Source of the DNA: Waddliaceae bacterium
Lineage (GTDB): Bacteria; Chlamydiota; Chlamydiia; Chlamydiales; SLOH01
Assembly: GCA_040880105.1 (NCBI GenBank)
Contig: JBBDJA010000013.1
Span: forward strand, 1 to 28,378
Length of the DNA: 28,378 nt
Direction: 5' to 3'
The notes under the pieces are model-generated. The model ran no database searches. It had not been told where the DNA came from and worked only from the letters and a program-made list of their open reading frames with translations. Shown in pieces: positions 19,877 through 28,378 of this stretch. The position numbers and the translations under genes are program-made. Within the stretch, counting starts at the first letter, position 1, and each line of letters starts with the position of its first letter.

Positions 19877-19903
19877 AACTTAATTTTATTATAACATTAA
19901 GTT
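19877..19903 (-). promoter_or_regulatory. Extended -10 promoter (TGTTATAAT) of the kinase gene within an inverted repeat
   Basis: Minus strand TGTTATAAT at 19896-19888, flanked by aacttaat (19877-19884) / attaagtt (19896-19903). Confidence 0.5.
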
Positions 19904-20082
19904 GATTAATTAATTTAATTATAGAATTTTTTGATTAATAAAGAGAGTTTTGGTAAAAAATAATTTATTTAGACTTGTCGCAGTTGTTAAATCCGACCAA
20001 TTATTTTTTATCAGTTTTTTCTTTTCAATTTGACTTCAATTTTGCTAGTGTATAGGCAGATTAGATTGGAGCTGCAAACTTT

Positions 20083-21621
20083 ATGCTACGCAAATTTCTC
20101 GACTGGCAACTTTCATTGACTGAAAAAGGGAAGCCCCTTCACAAGCTGCGTTATTTGATTGAAGCCGGTGACACCTTCTTGTATGAAGCGCCAAATACGA
20201 CAAAAACAGGGCCTCAAATTCGAGACGCCGTTGATATTAAGCGCTGGATGTTACTTGTCGTCTTTGCGCTTATCCCATGTATCTTATGGGCAATATGGAA
20301 TACGGGTCTACAAAAAATGGTCTATTCAGGCGGCGATTTTCGCTTAATGGAAGAGTATATTCGATCCCGCAGCTCACTTGCTGACTACTTCGCTTTTGTA
20401 GGAAAGGATGGCCGCTTCATTGAAATTCTTAAACTTGGCCTTCTTGCCTTCATCCCGATTGTTGTGATTACTTATGTGGTAGGAGGCGCTGTCGAAGCGC
20501 TTTTTGCTGTTGTTCGAGGTCACCCGATCTCTGAGGGGTTTTTAGTAACGGGAATCCTTTACGCCCTGATTCTTCCCCCTACCATGCCGTATTGGATGGT
20601 GGCAGTTGGCATTGCGATGGGAGTCTTTTTTGGAAAAGAGCTCTTTGGCGGGTCCGGGATGAATATTATGAACCCGGCACTGACAGCCAGGGCTTTTCTC
20701 TTTTTCACCTTTCCCGGAAAAATGACAGGAAATGTATGGGTCGGCACCAATCCAACAGTTGTTCGAGAGAGTCTTTTAAAAATGAATCAAGACGCCGGAA
20801 AGGAAGCAATTGATGGGTATACTCAAGCCACAAAGCTTGGCATTTTCAATTCTGCCGGAGAGGTGCAGCGTGTACATGTGGACGCCATTACGGCCAATGA
20901 GGTCGGTTCGAATGTCGGGACAATCGAGACAATTCAACAAAAATTCTCTGAATGGAGCGCGGCAAATGCACCTTCAGCTGCTCTAGGAGAGCTAAATAGT
21001 GAGCAATTGCAAAATTTTGTCACTTCAACTGCGACCGAAGGGGGACTCGGACTCTCTACAGGCGTGTATGAAGACGCATTACATTTTGCTCATTTGCAAA
21101 ACGGTTTGGGAGATCATAGCACTTGGAATCTCTTCTTTGGGGATAGGCTCGGTAGCATGGGAGAGGTTTCTCCTTTTTGCTGTTTGCTCGGAGCAATATT
21201 TTTAATTTGGGTCGGAATCGGATCGTGGCGTGTCATGCTTTCTGTTATGATCGGCGCCTATATAACGGCCCTTGGCTTTGAATGGGTACCAAAATTGCTT
21301 GGAGCAGATGGCGGCGCCTGGAGCCCTGCAATGATGGGTTTTCCGGCATATAAACACCTTCTTCTCGGAGGACTTGCGTTTGGAGCGGTCTTTATGGCAA
21401 CAGATCCTGTCTCCTCACCCGACATGCTCTCTGCTAAATGGATTTATGGTATTTTCATCGGGGTTGTTGCAGTCGTCATTCGGGTGATCAATCCGGCCTT
21501 TCCAGAAGGAGTCATGCTTTCAATTCTACTTGCAAACGTCTTTGCACCGCTTTTTGACTATTATGCAGCACTTGGATACCGAAAAAGGAGGGTGAATCAT
21601 GTCAAACGAGCAACAGCCTAG
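20083..21621 (+). CDS. nqrB: Na(+)-translocating NADH:quinone reductase subunit B
   Basis: IRDAVDIKRWM, SEGFLVTGIL, KELFGGSGMNIMNPAL, FMN site DGYTQAT, FMATDPVS, FPEGVMLSIL. Confidence 0.96.
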   Translation: MLRKFLDWQLSLTEKGKPLHKLRYLIEAGDTFLYEAPNTTKTGPQIRDAVDIKRWMLLVVFALIPCILWAIWNTGLQKMVYSGGDFRLMEEYIRSRSSLADYFAFVGKDGRFIEILKLGLLAFIPIVVITYVVGGAVEALFAVVRGHPISEGFLVTGILYALILPPTMPYWMVAVGIAMGVFFGKELFGGSGMNIMNPALTARAFLFFTFPGKMTGNVWVGTNPTVVRESLLKMNQDAGKEAIDGYTQATKLGIFNSAGEVQRVHVDAITANEVGSNVGTIETIQQKFSEWSAANAPSAALGELNSEQLQNFVTSTATEGGLGLSTGVYEDALHFAHLQNGLGDHSTWNLFFGDRLGSMGEVSPFCCLLGAIFLIWVGIGSWRVMLSVMIGAYITALGFEWVPKLLGADGGAWSPAMMGFPAYKHLLLGGLAFGAVFMATDPVSSPDMLSAKWIYGIFIGVVAVVIRVINPAFPEGVMLSILLANVFAPLFDYYAALGYRKRRVNHVKRATA

Positions 21622-22525
21622 TATCCCTCACGAAACTAATTTTCAAGTCTTGCGTTTTGTGATTATTTTGAGCCTGACTTGCGCATTGATCCTTGCCACA
21701 CTTGCAAGCGCTTTAAGCGAGCCGCAAGTGCGTGCTCAGGCGCTGGATCGCAGCAAAGAGATGATGATCGCCGCCCGTGTATTTACTCATACCGGTCACT
21801 TTCAAGTAAGGGAGAATGGTGAATATTTTCCGGCTCGATATGTTGGAGACGGGAGGCTTGAAAGGACAGAGGAGATTACACCTTCTGAATCAGATCAAAT
21901 TATCGATGTGTATCATCGTCGATTTATTCCCTTTTTGGTCGATAATGACGGCAACACAAAAACGTTTGAAGAAGCCGGTATTGACCAAGAGACATATATT
22001 GAAGAAAATCGGCAGAGAGGTTACTCCAATCTCCCTTTGAAACTCATCTACAAAATTTTACCCAATCCGACCCCTGACCAACCGGAAAATAATGAAAAAC
22101 CGATTGGATATGTCATCCCTGTCAATGGAATGGGGCTTTGGGATGCGATTTACGGATACATTGCAATCGAATCGGACGGAGAAACAGTGATCGGGATCTC
22201 TTGGTATGACCAGAAGGAAACTCCGGGTTTGGGAGCAAATATTGCAACAGAGGAGTGGCAAGAGAACTTTTACGGCAAGAAAATTTTCCAATCCACAACG
22301 CAAGATACAACTGAGCTGGAAAGAGCTCCGATCGGGATTAATGTGGTTAAAGGAAAAGTGTCCGAGACAATTGGCGATGCGCCCAAAGCTCAGTCTGCAG
22401 TCGATGGGATGGCAGGTGCAACGATTACCGGTACCGGAGTTGCACTTGCATATAAGCAAAATCTTGCGTCTTATCGGCCTTTTTTCATAAAACTACACCA
22501 AGAGTCCGGAGAAAGTAATGGCTAA
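21599..22525 (+). CDS. nqrC: Na(+)-NQR subunit C
   Basis: N-terminal TM helix, [25 protein letters not shown] site [11 protein letters not shown]. Confidence 0.95.
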   Translation: MSNEQQPSIPHETNFQVLRFVIILSLTCALILATLASALSEPQVRAQALDRSKEMMIAARVFTHTGHFQVRENGEYFPARYVGDGRLERTEEITPSESDQIIDVYHRRFIPFLVDNDGNTKTFEEAGIDQETYIEENRQRGYSNLPLKLIYKILPNPTPDQPENNEKPIGYVIPVNGMGLWDAIYGYIAIESDGETVIGISWYDQKETPGLGANIATEEWQENFYGKKIFQSTTQDTTELERAPIGINVVKGKVSETIGDAPKAQSAVDGMAGATITGTGVALAYKQNLASYRPFFIKLHQESGESNG

Positions 22526-23147
22526 ACAATCTGCGATGTTCTACTTCAAAGATCAATTATGGCATAACAATCAGATCTTAGTTGCAATTTTAGGGATTTG
22601 CTCGGCACTTGGGGTGACAAATAGACTCTCTGTTGCCTTGACAATGGGAGTCTCTGTATCCTTTGTAACTGCATTTTCTTCCTATTTTGTCTCTCTTTTA
22701 CGAAAAGTGACCCCAGATAGTGTCCGTATGATAGCTCAGCTTGCGATTATCTCTACGTTTGTAACGATCATCGACCAATTTCTAAAAGCCTATATGTTTG
22801 ACTTCGCTAAGGTGATGACCGTTTATGTAGGATTAATTATCACGAATTGCCTTGTCATGGGACGCGCAGAGGGGATGGCAAAGAATATTGCCCCTGTTCC
22901 CGCCTTTATGGATGGACTTGGAGCCGGTTTGGGCTACACGCTTGTTATTTGCACGGTCGGAGGAATTCGGGAATTTTTCGGATTCGGACAACTTCTTGGA
23001 TTCCAGATCATCCCGGAGACGTGGTATGCTACCGCTGAACACCCCGATGGATACGCAAACCTTGTGTTGATGATCAGTCCTCCCGCTGCATTTTTCATCA
23101 TTGGGATGATGATTTGGAGTCACAACTATATTAATCAAAGAAAGTAG
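22518..23147 (+). CDS. nqrD: Na(+)-NQR subunit D
   Basis: [29 protein letters not shown]. Confidence 0.95.
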   Translation: MAKQSAMFYFKDQLWHNNQILVAILGICSALGVTNRLSVALTMGVSVSFVTAFSSYFVSLLRKVTPDSVRMIAQLAIISTFVTIIDQFLKAYMFDFAKVMTVYVGLIITNCLVMGRAEGMAKNIAPVPAFMDGLGAGLGYTLVICTVGGIREFFGFGQLLGFQIIPETWYATAEHPDGYANLVLMISPPAAFFIIGMMIWSHNYINQRK

Positions 23148-23156
23148 GAAGTTATT

Positions 23157-23885
23157 ATGTGGATGGGAAATTACCAAGCAGTCAATCTCCTCGGCCTGCT
23201 CATTCAGTCGATTTTTATTGAGAATATCCTCCTGATCAGCTTTCTTGGGATGTGCACCTATTTAGCTTGCTCATCAAAGCTTGCGACAGCAAATGGCCTC
23301 GGGGTCGCCGTTGTATTTGTTTTAACAATTACAGGCGTTCTGAATTGGTTTGTTCAAGCCTTTGTGACAGGACCGGGTGCATTGTCATGGCTCCAATTTA
23401 TCGGACTTAACACAGAGGGGATTAATCTTGGTTTCCTGCAGTTTTTACTCTTTATCTCTGTGATTGCAGCTTTTGTGCAGGTTCTTGAGATGATAATTGA
23501 GCGCTTTTCTCCGGCGCTTTATAACAGCCTTGGAATGTACCTTCCGCTGATTACAGTCAATTGCGCGATTTTGGGTGGATGTTTGTTTGCAGTCACTCGC
23601 GAGTTTCCATTTGTTCCCAATCTGGTGTATGTCTTTGGAACGGGAATGGGGTGGTGGCTTGCGATTGCATTAATTGCTGCAATCCGCCAAAAATTGGAAA
23701 TTGCAAATGTGCCGCCTCTTTTAAAAGGAATGGGGATTACCTTTATTGCCTCCGGCCTTATGTCCATGGCCTTTTCTGGATTTACAGGAATCAAACTTGC
23801 CAATCCAACCGATACTGAAGTTCCGCAAACGACCATCGAACAAGTGGAAATGGCTAAAAGATCGGATGGATACATTCAAAGGTAA
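23157..23885 (+). CDS. nqrE: Na(+)-NQR subunit E
   Basis: IFIENILL, FLGMCTYL, LPLITVNCAILG, GLMSMAFSGFTGI. Confidence 0.95.
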   Translation: MWMGNYQAVNLLGLLIQSIFIENILLISFLGMCTYLACSSKLATANGLGVAVVFVLTITGVLNWFVQAFVTGPGALSWLQFIGLNTEGINLGFLQFLLFISVIAAFVQVLEMIIERFSPALYNSLGMYLPLITVNCAILGGCLFAVTREFPFVPNLVYVFGTGMGWWLAIALIAAIRQKLEIANVPPLLKGMGITFIASGLMSMAFSGFTGIKLANPTDTEVPQTTIEQVEMAKRSDGYIQR

Positions 23886-23886
23886 A

Positions 23887-24201
23887 ATGCTAAGTCGCTT
23901 GCTTTTCACATGCTTTATCTCCCTTTTTTTTCTCTCTTTTGCTGAGCCCTTGACCTTTAATGATGATTTTTTCGCACACGCAGGACAAGAGGTTAAGATA
24001 CGAGGATTTCTCTATGAGAAGCCAGACGGAACGTTTATACTTGCCGCTCAGCCGAATCTAAAATCGTGCTGCCTTGGACGTACAAATCAGCTTCGTGTTG
24101 AGGGGGATGTGACACCGTCTCTTTTTGTTCAGGCAATCTCAGGGGTTTTACGCGTCTCTAATGAAGAGATCGTGCTTACAGAAGCAGAGCTAGCTCGTTA
24201 A
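23887..24201 (+). CDS. Small exported protein, possibly DUF3299-like OB fold
   Basis: ATG 1 nt after the nqrE stop; signal peptide MLSRLLFTCFISLFFLSFA; GQEVKIRGFL...FILAAQPNLKSCC. The family call is resemblance by eye only. Confidence 0.65.
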   Translation: MLSRLLFTCFISLFFLSFAEPLTFNDDFFAHAGQEVKIRGFLYEKPDGTFILAAQPNLKSCCLGRTNQLRVEGDVTPSLFVQAISGVLRVSNEEIVLTEAELAR

Positions 24202-24384
24202 TTCAGTTTAAGAGATCGAGTGTACCCAAAACGCAATACACTTGTTAATATAGATCAAGAGATCGAGTGTACCCAAAACGCAATACACTCGTTAATATAG
24301 ATCAAGAGATCATACCTGCTTAAAGCGCCAAGTGTCTCGTTAATTCAGGTGAGGGAGATTCTAGTTTATTTAAAACGCAAATGG
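24194..24384. repeat. Non-coding ~47-bp degenerate tandem repeat with hairpin
   Basis: Units start ct(c/t)gttaat at 24194, 24241, 24288 and 24336; aagagatcgagtgtacccaaaacgcaatacact occurs twice exactly. Confidence 0.9.
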
Positions 24385-24496
24385 CTTATTGAATCAGATT
24401 TGTAAAGTAGTAGCGTTTCGATTGCCCAAACGATCCATTGCACTCGATAATTAGGCTCATACGTTTTATTTTGCAGAGCTTTCTCTGTTTGAAATG

Positions 24497-25819
24497 TTAT
24501 TTTGCAGGGACTCTGACTTTCTTCCCTTTGAGAGAGAGAACAAGCGGAACGCCTTCAAAGCCAAATTCCTTCCGTAGCTGATTGTTGATAAAACGCAGGT
24601 AACTCTGAGCCACTAAGTGAGGGGAGTTAACAAAAAGAAGGAAAACCGGGGGCTGCGTCTTGACTTGAGTGAGGTAGTAGATGCGCAGGCGTTTACCCGT
24701 TACAACAGGCGGTGGGTTTAATTGAAGAATTTTTTCAATGAAACTATTAAGTCTTCCGGTTGAAATGCGTTCTTTAGACGCGATGTCAATGTCGCGGAGT
24801 TTAGGTAAAATTTGATTAATATTTCGCCCTGTTTTTGCAGAGAGAAACAGGCTTGGGCAGTGGCGAAGGAAAGGCACCTCAGAGTGTAGTTCTCGAAGGC
24901 AGTGCTCCTGGCGGACACTTTTGACAAGGTCCCATTTATTAAATCCAAGTAAACATCCCTTTCCGGCTTGTTCGATCATCTTGGCAATACGTTTATCAAA
25001 TGAGGTCATTCCAACTTCAGCGTCCAATAAAAGTAAACAGACATCGGCGCGTTCAATGGCAAGCTTTGTGCGGATAGAGGCGAATTTATCGACAACTTCC
25101 GGCTCTGAATTTTTCTTTCGCACACCGGCTGTGTCAATGAGTACGCATGGGGTCCCTTCCCATTCAAGTGTAATGTCGACGCTATCTCGGGTTGTGCCGG
25201 GAATTTCGCTTGCGATGCAGCGCTCGTCGCCTAAAATCTTGTTTACAGTCGAAGATTTTCCCACATTTGGACGCCCGACAATTGCGATATATGTGGATGC
25301 ATCATTTCGTGGTTCTTGGGGTTCGGGCCGCGTTTGCCATGAAAGTTCAAGAAGCTCGGCGATTTGCCAGTTATGAGAGGCGGAAACAGGCAGAACATTT
25401 GTAATTCCAAGACAGTAAAAGGCAGAGACGAGGTGTTGATGTTCTATGCCATCGATTTTATTAACGGCAAGACAAAGTGGTTTATTGGTTCGTAAAAGCA
25501 GACGCGCAAGCTGCTCGTCAAGTTCTGTCACTCCCATTTGAGCATCGACGACCATGACGATAGAGTCCGCCTCTTCAATGGCGATCTCTGCTTGTCTTTT
25601 GATCTCTTCGTTAAAGAGCGCCGTAGATTTCGGGTCGATACCACCGGTATCAATCACCTGGAATGGGAATCCGAAGAGTTCGGTTTGCGCGTATAGACGA
25701 TCGCGCGTGACCCCTTCAGCTTCATCGATAATCGCAATTCGCTTACCGCAGATTCGATTAAATAAAGCGGACTTTCCTACGTTAGGTCGACCGACTATTG
25801 CTAATTTTGGTAAGTTCAT
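24497..25819 (-). CDS. der: Ribosome biogenesis GTPase Der (EngA)
   Basis: Two GTPase domains (GRPNVGKS twice, DTGG/DTAG, NKID/NKWD) and a C-terminal KH-like domain. Confidence 0.98.
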   Translation of the reverse strand: MNLPKLAIVGRPNVGKSALFNRICGKRIAIIDEAEGVTRDRLYAQTELFGFPFQVIDTGGIDPKSTALFNEEIKRQAEIAIEEADSIVMVVDAQMGVTELDEQLARLLLRTNKPLCLAVNKIDGIEHQHLVSAFYCLGITNVLPVSASHNWQIAELLELSWQTRPEPQEPRNDASTYIAIVGRPNVGKSSTVNKILGDERCIASEIPGTTRDSVDITLEWEGTPCVLIDTAGVRKKNSEPEVVDKFASIRTKLAIERADVCLLLLDAEVGMTSFDKRIAKMIEQAGKGCLLGFNKWDLVKSVRQEHCLRELHSEVPFLRHCPSLFLSAKTGRNINQILPKLRDIDIASKERISTGRLNSFIEKILQLNPPPVVTGKRLRIYYLTQVKTQPPVFLLFVNSPHLVAQSYLRFINNQLRKEFGFEGVPLVLSLKGKKVRVPAK

Positions 25820-25985
25820 AGTTACTTTAAAACAATTAATGAGTTATTATTGTTAAATTATCATTAAAAGTCAATTTCTGATTTTATCTGCCTCGGTTAA
25901 AGAAATAAATTCTTGGCAGAAAATTTGTGGGATTGCCTGGAAAATAATTGATAGATTTAATCTTAAAAGTATACAAATTAAACAT

Positions 25986-27815
25986 ATGTTTAAGAAGCGT
26001 TTGACGTCGATTTCCCTATTTCCCTTTATGGGGGATTTTAAAGGCTACTCGTTTAGTTCTTTACGAAAAGATTTAAACGCAAGTGTTTCTGTCGCCCTTT
26101 TGACCCTCCCTCAGGCTATTGCAGCGGCTATTATTGCAGGTCTTCCACTCTCTTGCGGGTTTTTTGCCGCCATATTTTCTTCGATGATGATGTCACTTTT
26201 TGGCTCTACGCGCCATTTAGTGTCCAATCCGAGTAATTCCATGGCAATCTTACTTGCATATGGAACCCAAGAAATTTTGCATACCTATTATCCTTATGCA
26301 GTTGACATGGAAAGGCAGGTTCTTGCACTTCAAATTTTGACGCAATTGACGCTAATGGCCTCATTGATTCATCTTTTAATTGCGACCTTCCAATTGGGGC
26401 GTTTAACGCAGTTTATTAGCCATTCGGTAATTATTGGGTATTTGATGGGCGTTGCAGCTGCAATTGCGGCCACTCAGCTATATCCTTTTCTAGGCATCTC
26501 GCCGCTCAAAGGGATCCATTCTGTCTTTGATCGTTTTCATTATATTGCAACGCATTTGGGTGAAGTGAACATCACAACGGCTATACTTGGTGTTTTCTGC
26601 CTACTTTTTGTTGTTTTTATGAAAAAAATCGATAAACGTCTGCCGGCAGGAGCGTTGATGCTTGCCCTTGCGACTTTGATTGGATTGACGCTTTGCACCG
26701 TATTTAGTCGGTTTGGACTCTCTTTAGATTGTGTGAAAGAGATGGGGCGGTTTGATGACCTTCCATTATCATTTCGCATCCCAACCATACAGTTTAAGCT
26801 CTTTACTCAACTCCTTCCCCTTGCCGCTTCCATTGCATTGATTGGACTTCTTGAAACGTCCTCTGTGGCGCGCACACTTGCTGCTAATACGGGTCAAACA
26901 GTCTCAGTCGACCAGGAAATATTTGCACTTGGACTTGGGAACTTAACATCTGCATTTCTTGGAGCGCTCCCAATATCGGCAAGCCCGTCGCGCACAGCTG
27001 CCAATGTGGAGGCCGGCGCGCAAAGCAGGATAGCTGGACTGCTTTCTTGCGCTGTGCTTTGGCTTGTCGTCATGCTTTTTGATGAATGGGTGGCTCACAT
27101 ACCGTTAACAGCTCTTGCTGCGCTTTTGCTTACGATTTCGCTCTCTACGGTTAAAAAAAGTCAGATTCAACTTTGTCAGCGCGCAACCGGAGCGGATGCG
27201 ATTGTCCTATGGGTCACTTTCCTCTCCTGTCTTTTCTTCAGCATCAACGTTGCATTTTACTTGGGTGTTTTCCTTTCGATTGCCTCCTATTTACGTAAAG
27301 CGGCTCGTCCGCAATTTGTTCGGTATCTTGTTGATGAGAATGGGCGAATGAAATTCATTGGCCTTGCAAATGAAGGGGATTCTCGAGAAATTCTAGTGAT
27401 TAAAGTGAGGGGAGAGCTTTTCTTTGGTGCAGCGGACTTGTTTCACGCGACTTTGAAATCGATTGCAAAAGATCAAGAGACACGTATTCTCATTTTGCAT
27501 TTGAAAGGCACCCGCGATATTGATGCGACAGGATGCCTTGCCATTAAACAACTCCATGACTATTTAAAGAATTCCGGAAGGGATTTAATTCTTGCAGGGA
27601 TCCCATTTCATACCTGGGAGGTATTAAGTCATGCAGGGACTATCGATCTAATCGGCAAAGACCACTTATTTTTACTTGATTACAGCTCACCTCCGAAATA
27701 CATGGATAAGGCGATTTTACGTGCAAGAGAGCTCCTTGCAAATATTGAAGATAAAGAAAGTGAGCAGCCACAAGTAGAGGAAGAGGAGATACGTGCGATT
27801 CCTATTGAAGCTTGA
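25986..27815 (+). CDS. SulP/SLC26 family anion transporter with STAS domain
   Basis: LPQAIAAAIIAGLP, LGRLTQFISHSVIIG, DQEIFALGLGN, SPSRT; STAS motifs GELFFGAAD and IDATG. Confidence 0.93.
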   Translation: MFKKRLTSISLFPFMGDFKGYSFSSLRKDLNASVSVALLTLPQAIAAAIIAGLPLSCGFFAAIFSSMMMSLFGSTRHLVSNPSNSMAILLAYGTQEILHTYYPYAVDMERQVLALQILTQLTLMASLIHLLIATFQLGRLTQFISHSVIIGYLMGVAAAIAATQLYPFLGISPLKGIHSVFDRFHYIATHLGEVNITTAILGVFCLLFVVFMKKIDKRLPAGALMLALATLIGLTLCTVFSRFGLSLDCVKEMGRFDDLPLSFRIPTIQFKLFTQLLPLAASIALIGLLETSSVARTLAANTGQTVSVDQEIFALGLGNLTSAFLGALPISASPSRTAANVEAGAQSRIAGLLSCAVLWLVVMLFDEWVAHIPLTALAALLLTISLSTVKKSQIQLCQRATGADAIVLWVTFLSCLFFSINVAFYLGVFLSIASYLRKAARPQFVRYLVDENGRMKFIGLANEGDSREILVIKVRGELFFGAADLFHATLKSIAKDQETRILILHLKGTRDIDATGCLAIKQLHDYLKNSGRDLILAGIPFHTWEVLSHAGTIDLIGKDHLFLLDYSSPPKYMDKAILRARELLANIEDKESEQPQVEEEEIRAIPIEA

Positions 27816-27830
27816 GGCAAGTTTTTCCCC

Positions 27831-28165
27831 TAAGAAGAGCTGACTTAAGAGATTTATGCTAAATTTAAGGAAAGCATTTGCCTTAAGAAGAGCCGGCTCT
27901 TTAATGGGATCTGGTAGTAGGGGAGTGATGAATCCGGTTTCTTTTCAATCTTCAACGATGCTTTTGTCTTAAGAAGGGCCGGTTCTTAAAGGGAAACCTG
28001 ATAGGAGGGAGTGATGAACCCAGATTCATTTCAATCTTAAGGGAATGTCTTGTCTAAAGAAGAGCCGCTTCTTTAATAGGACCCCCTGGTAGGAGCGAAT
28101 GTTTCAATCTTAAGGGAAGGTCTTGCTAAAGATGAGCCGCTTGTTTTTATGGAACCGGGTCGTAT
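27831..28165. repeat. Non-coding degenerate tandem repeat (86/86/72 bp) with conserved hairpin
   Basis: Anchor (t/a)aaga(a/t)g(a/g)gc at 27831, 27884, 27970, 28056 and 28128; shared blocks gggagtgatgaa and tttcaatctt(aaggga). Confidence 0.88.
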
Positions 28166-28377
28166 TTAAGGGTAGTACAATCCGGAAGCATATACTCGGG
28201 ATAAATCCAGGGGTCGTCATTTTCTCGCATCAGACGATCACATCCGTAGATGACTCCTTTAAAAAAGCCGTATTTCCGAATCGCCTCAAGTGTATATTGC
28301 GAACTTGAGGGGAAATAATGGCTACGCGGTCCGTCAGCCGGAGATATTACGTTTTGATGGAAGTAGATGGAAGCTTC
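28147..28377 (-). CDS. yidD: YidD-like protein (membrane protein insertion efficiency factor family), 5' end truncated by the window edge
   Basis: Manual translation: ...IYFHQNVISPADGPRSHYFPSSSQYTLEAIRKYGFFKGVIYGCDRLMRENDDPWIYPEYMLPDCTTLKYDPVP-stop (TAA 28149-28147). Matches the YidD pattern ISP..GP....P..S.Y..EAI.KYG..KG......R..R...DPVP. Confidence 0.78.
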   Translation of the reverse strand, partial: EASIYFHQNVISPADGPRSHYFPSSSQYTLEAIRKYGFFKGVIYGCDRLMRENDDPWIYPEYMLPDCTTLKYDPVP

Positions 28378-28378
28378 T

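Noticed and set aside
23746..23886. Upstream part of the 151-aa ORF
   Set aside because: Overlaps nqrE out of frame; the signal peptide begins at ATG 23887.
24194..24453. Mini or degenerate CRISPR array
   Set aside because: The would-be spacers are duplicated or homologous, the 47-bp period is short, and no cas genes are in the window.
24208..27853. Shared 9-mer ttaagagat in both arrays
   Set aside because: Too short and AT-rich to show common origin.
27831..28165. CRISPR array or coding repeat
   Set aside because: Similarity extends across whole units, the 86-bp period breaks frame, and no long ORF covers it.
28123..28308. 61-aa plus-strand ORF
   Set aside because: Antisense to the YidD-like reading frame.

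Overview
Bacterial chromosomal window, most likely from an environmental member of the Chlamydiota. This is inferred from a chlamydial-type HrcA with a C-terminal tail, a CIRCE placed upstream of the -35, an nqrBCDE cluster without nqrA/F, the serS / VIT1-like / P1B-ATPase order, and several effector-like ORFs. Core genes are a GT39 glycosyltransferase, serS, a VIT1/CCC1 protein, an HMA1-like P1B-4 ATPase, a large NAD-glutamate dehydrogenase, hrcA-grpE-dnaK, csbD, a BON protein, nqrBCDE, der and sulP. Two edge-truncated genes absent from the ORF track were translated by hand: an LRR protein (<1..1308, minus) and a YidD-like protein lacking the family cysteines (28147..>28377, minus). Accessory genes look like host-directed effectors: the LRR protein, an internally duplicated Inc-like protein, a two-gene insert after serS and an atypical Ser/Thr kinase. 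The most unusual structures are two non-coding, hairpin-bearing degenerate tandem arrays (47-bp and 86-bp period), each between convergent genes and overlapping a stop codon, plus an apparently leaderless hrcA transcript. I recognised no rRNA, tRNA, CRISPR-Cas or transposase. No complete novel multi-gene system can be demonstrated from sequence alone.
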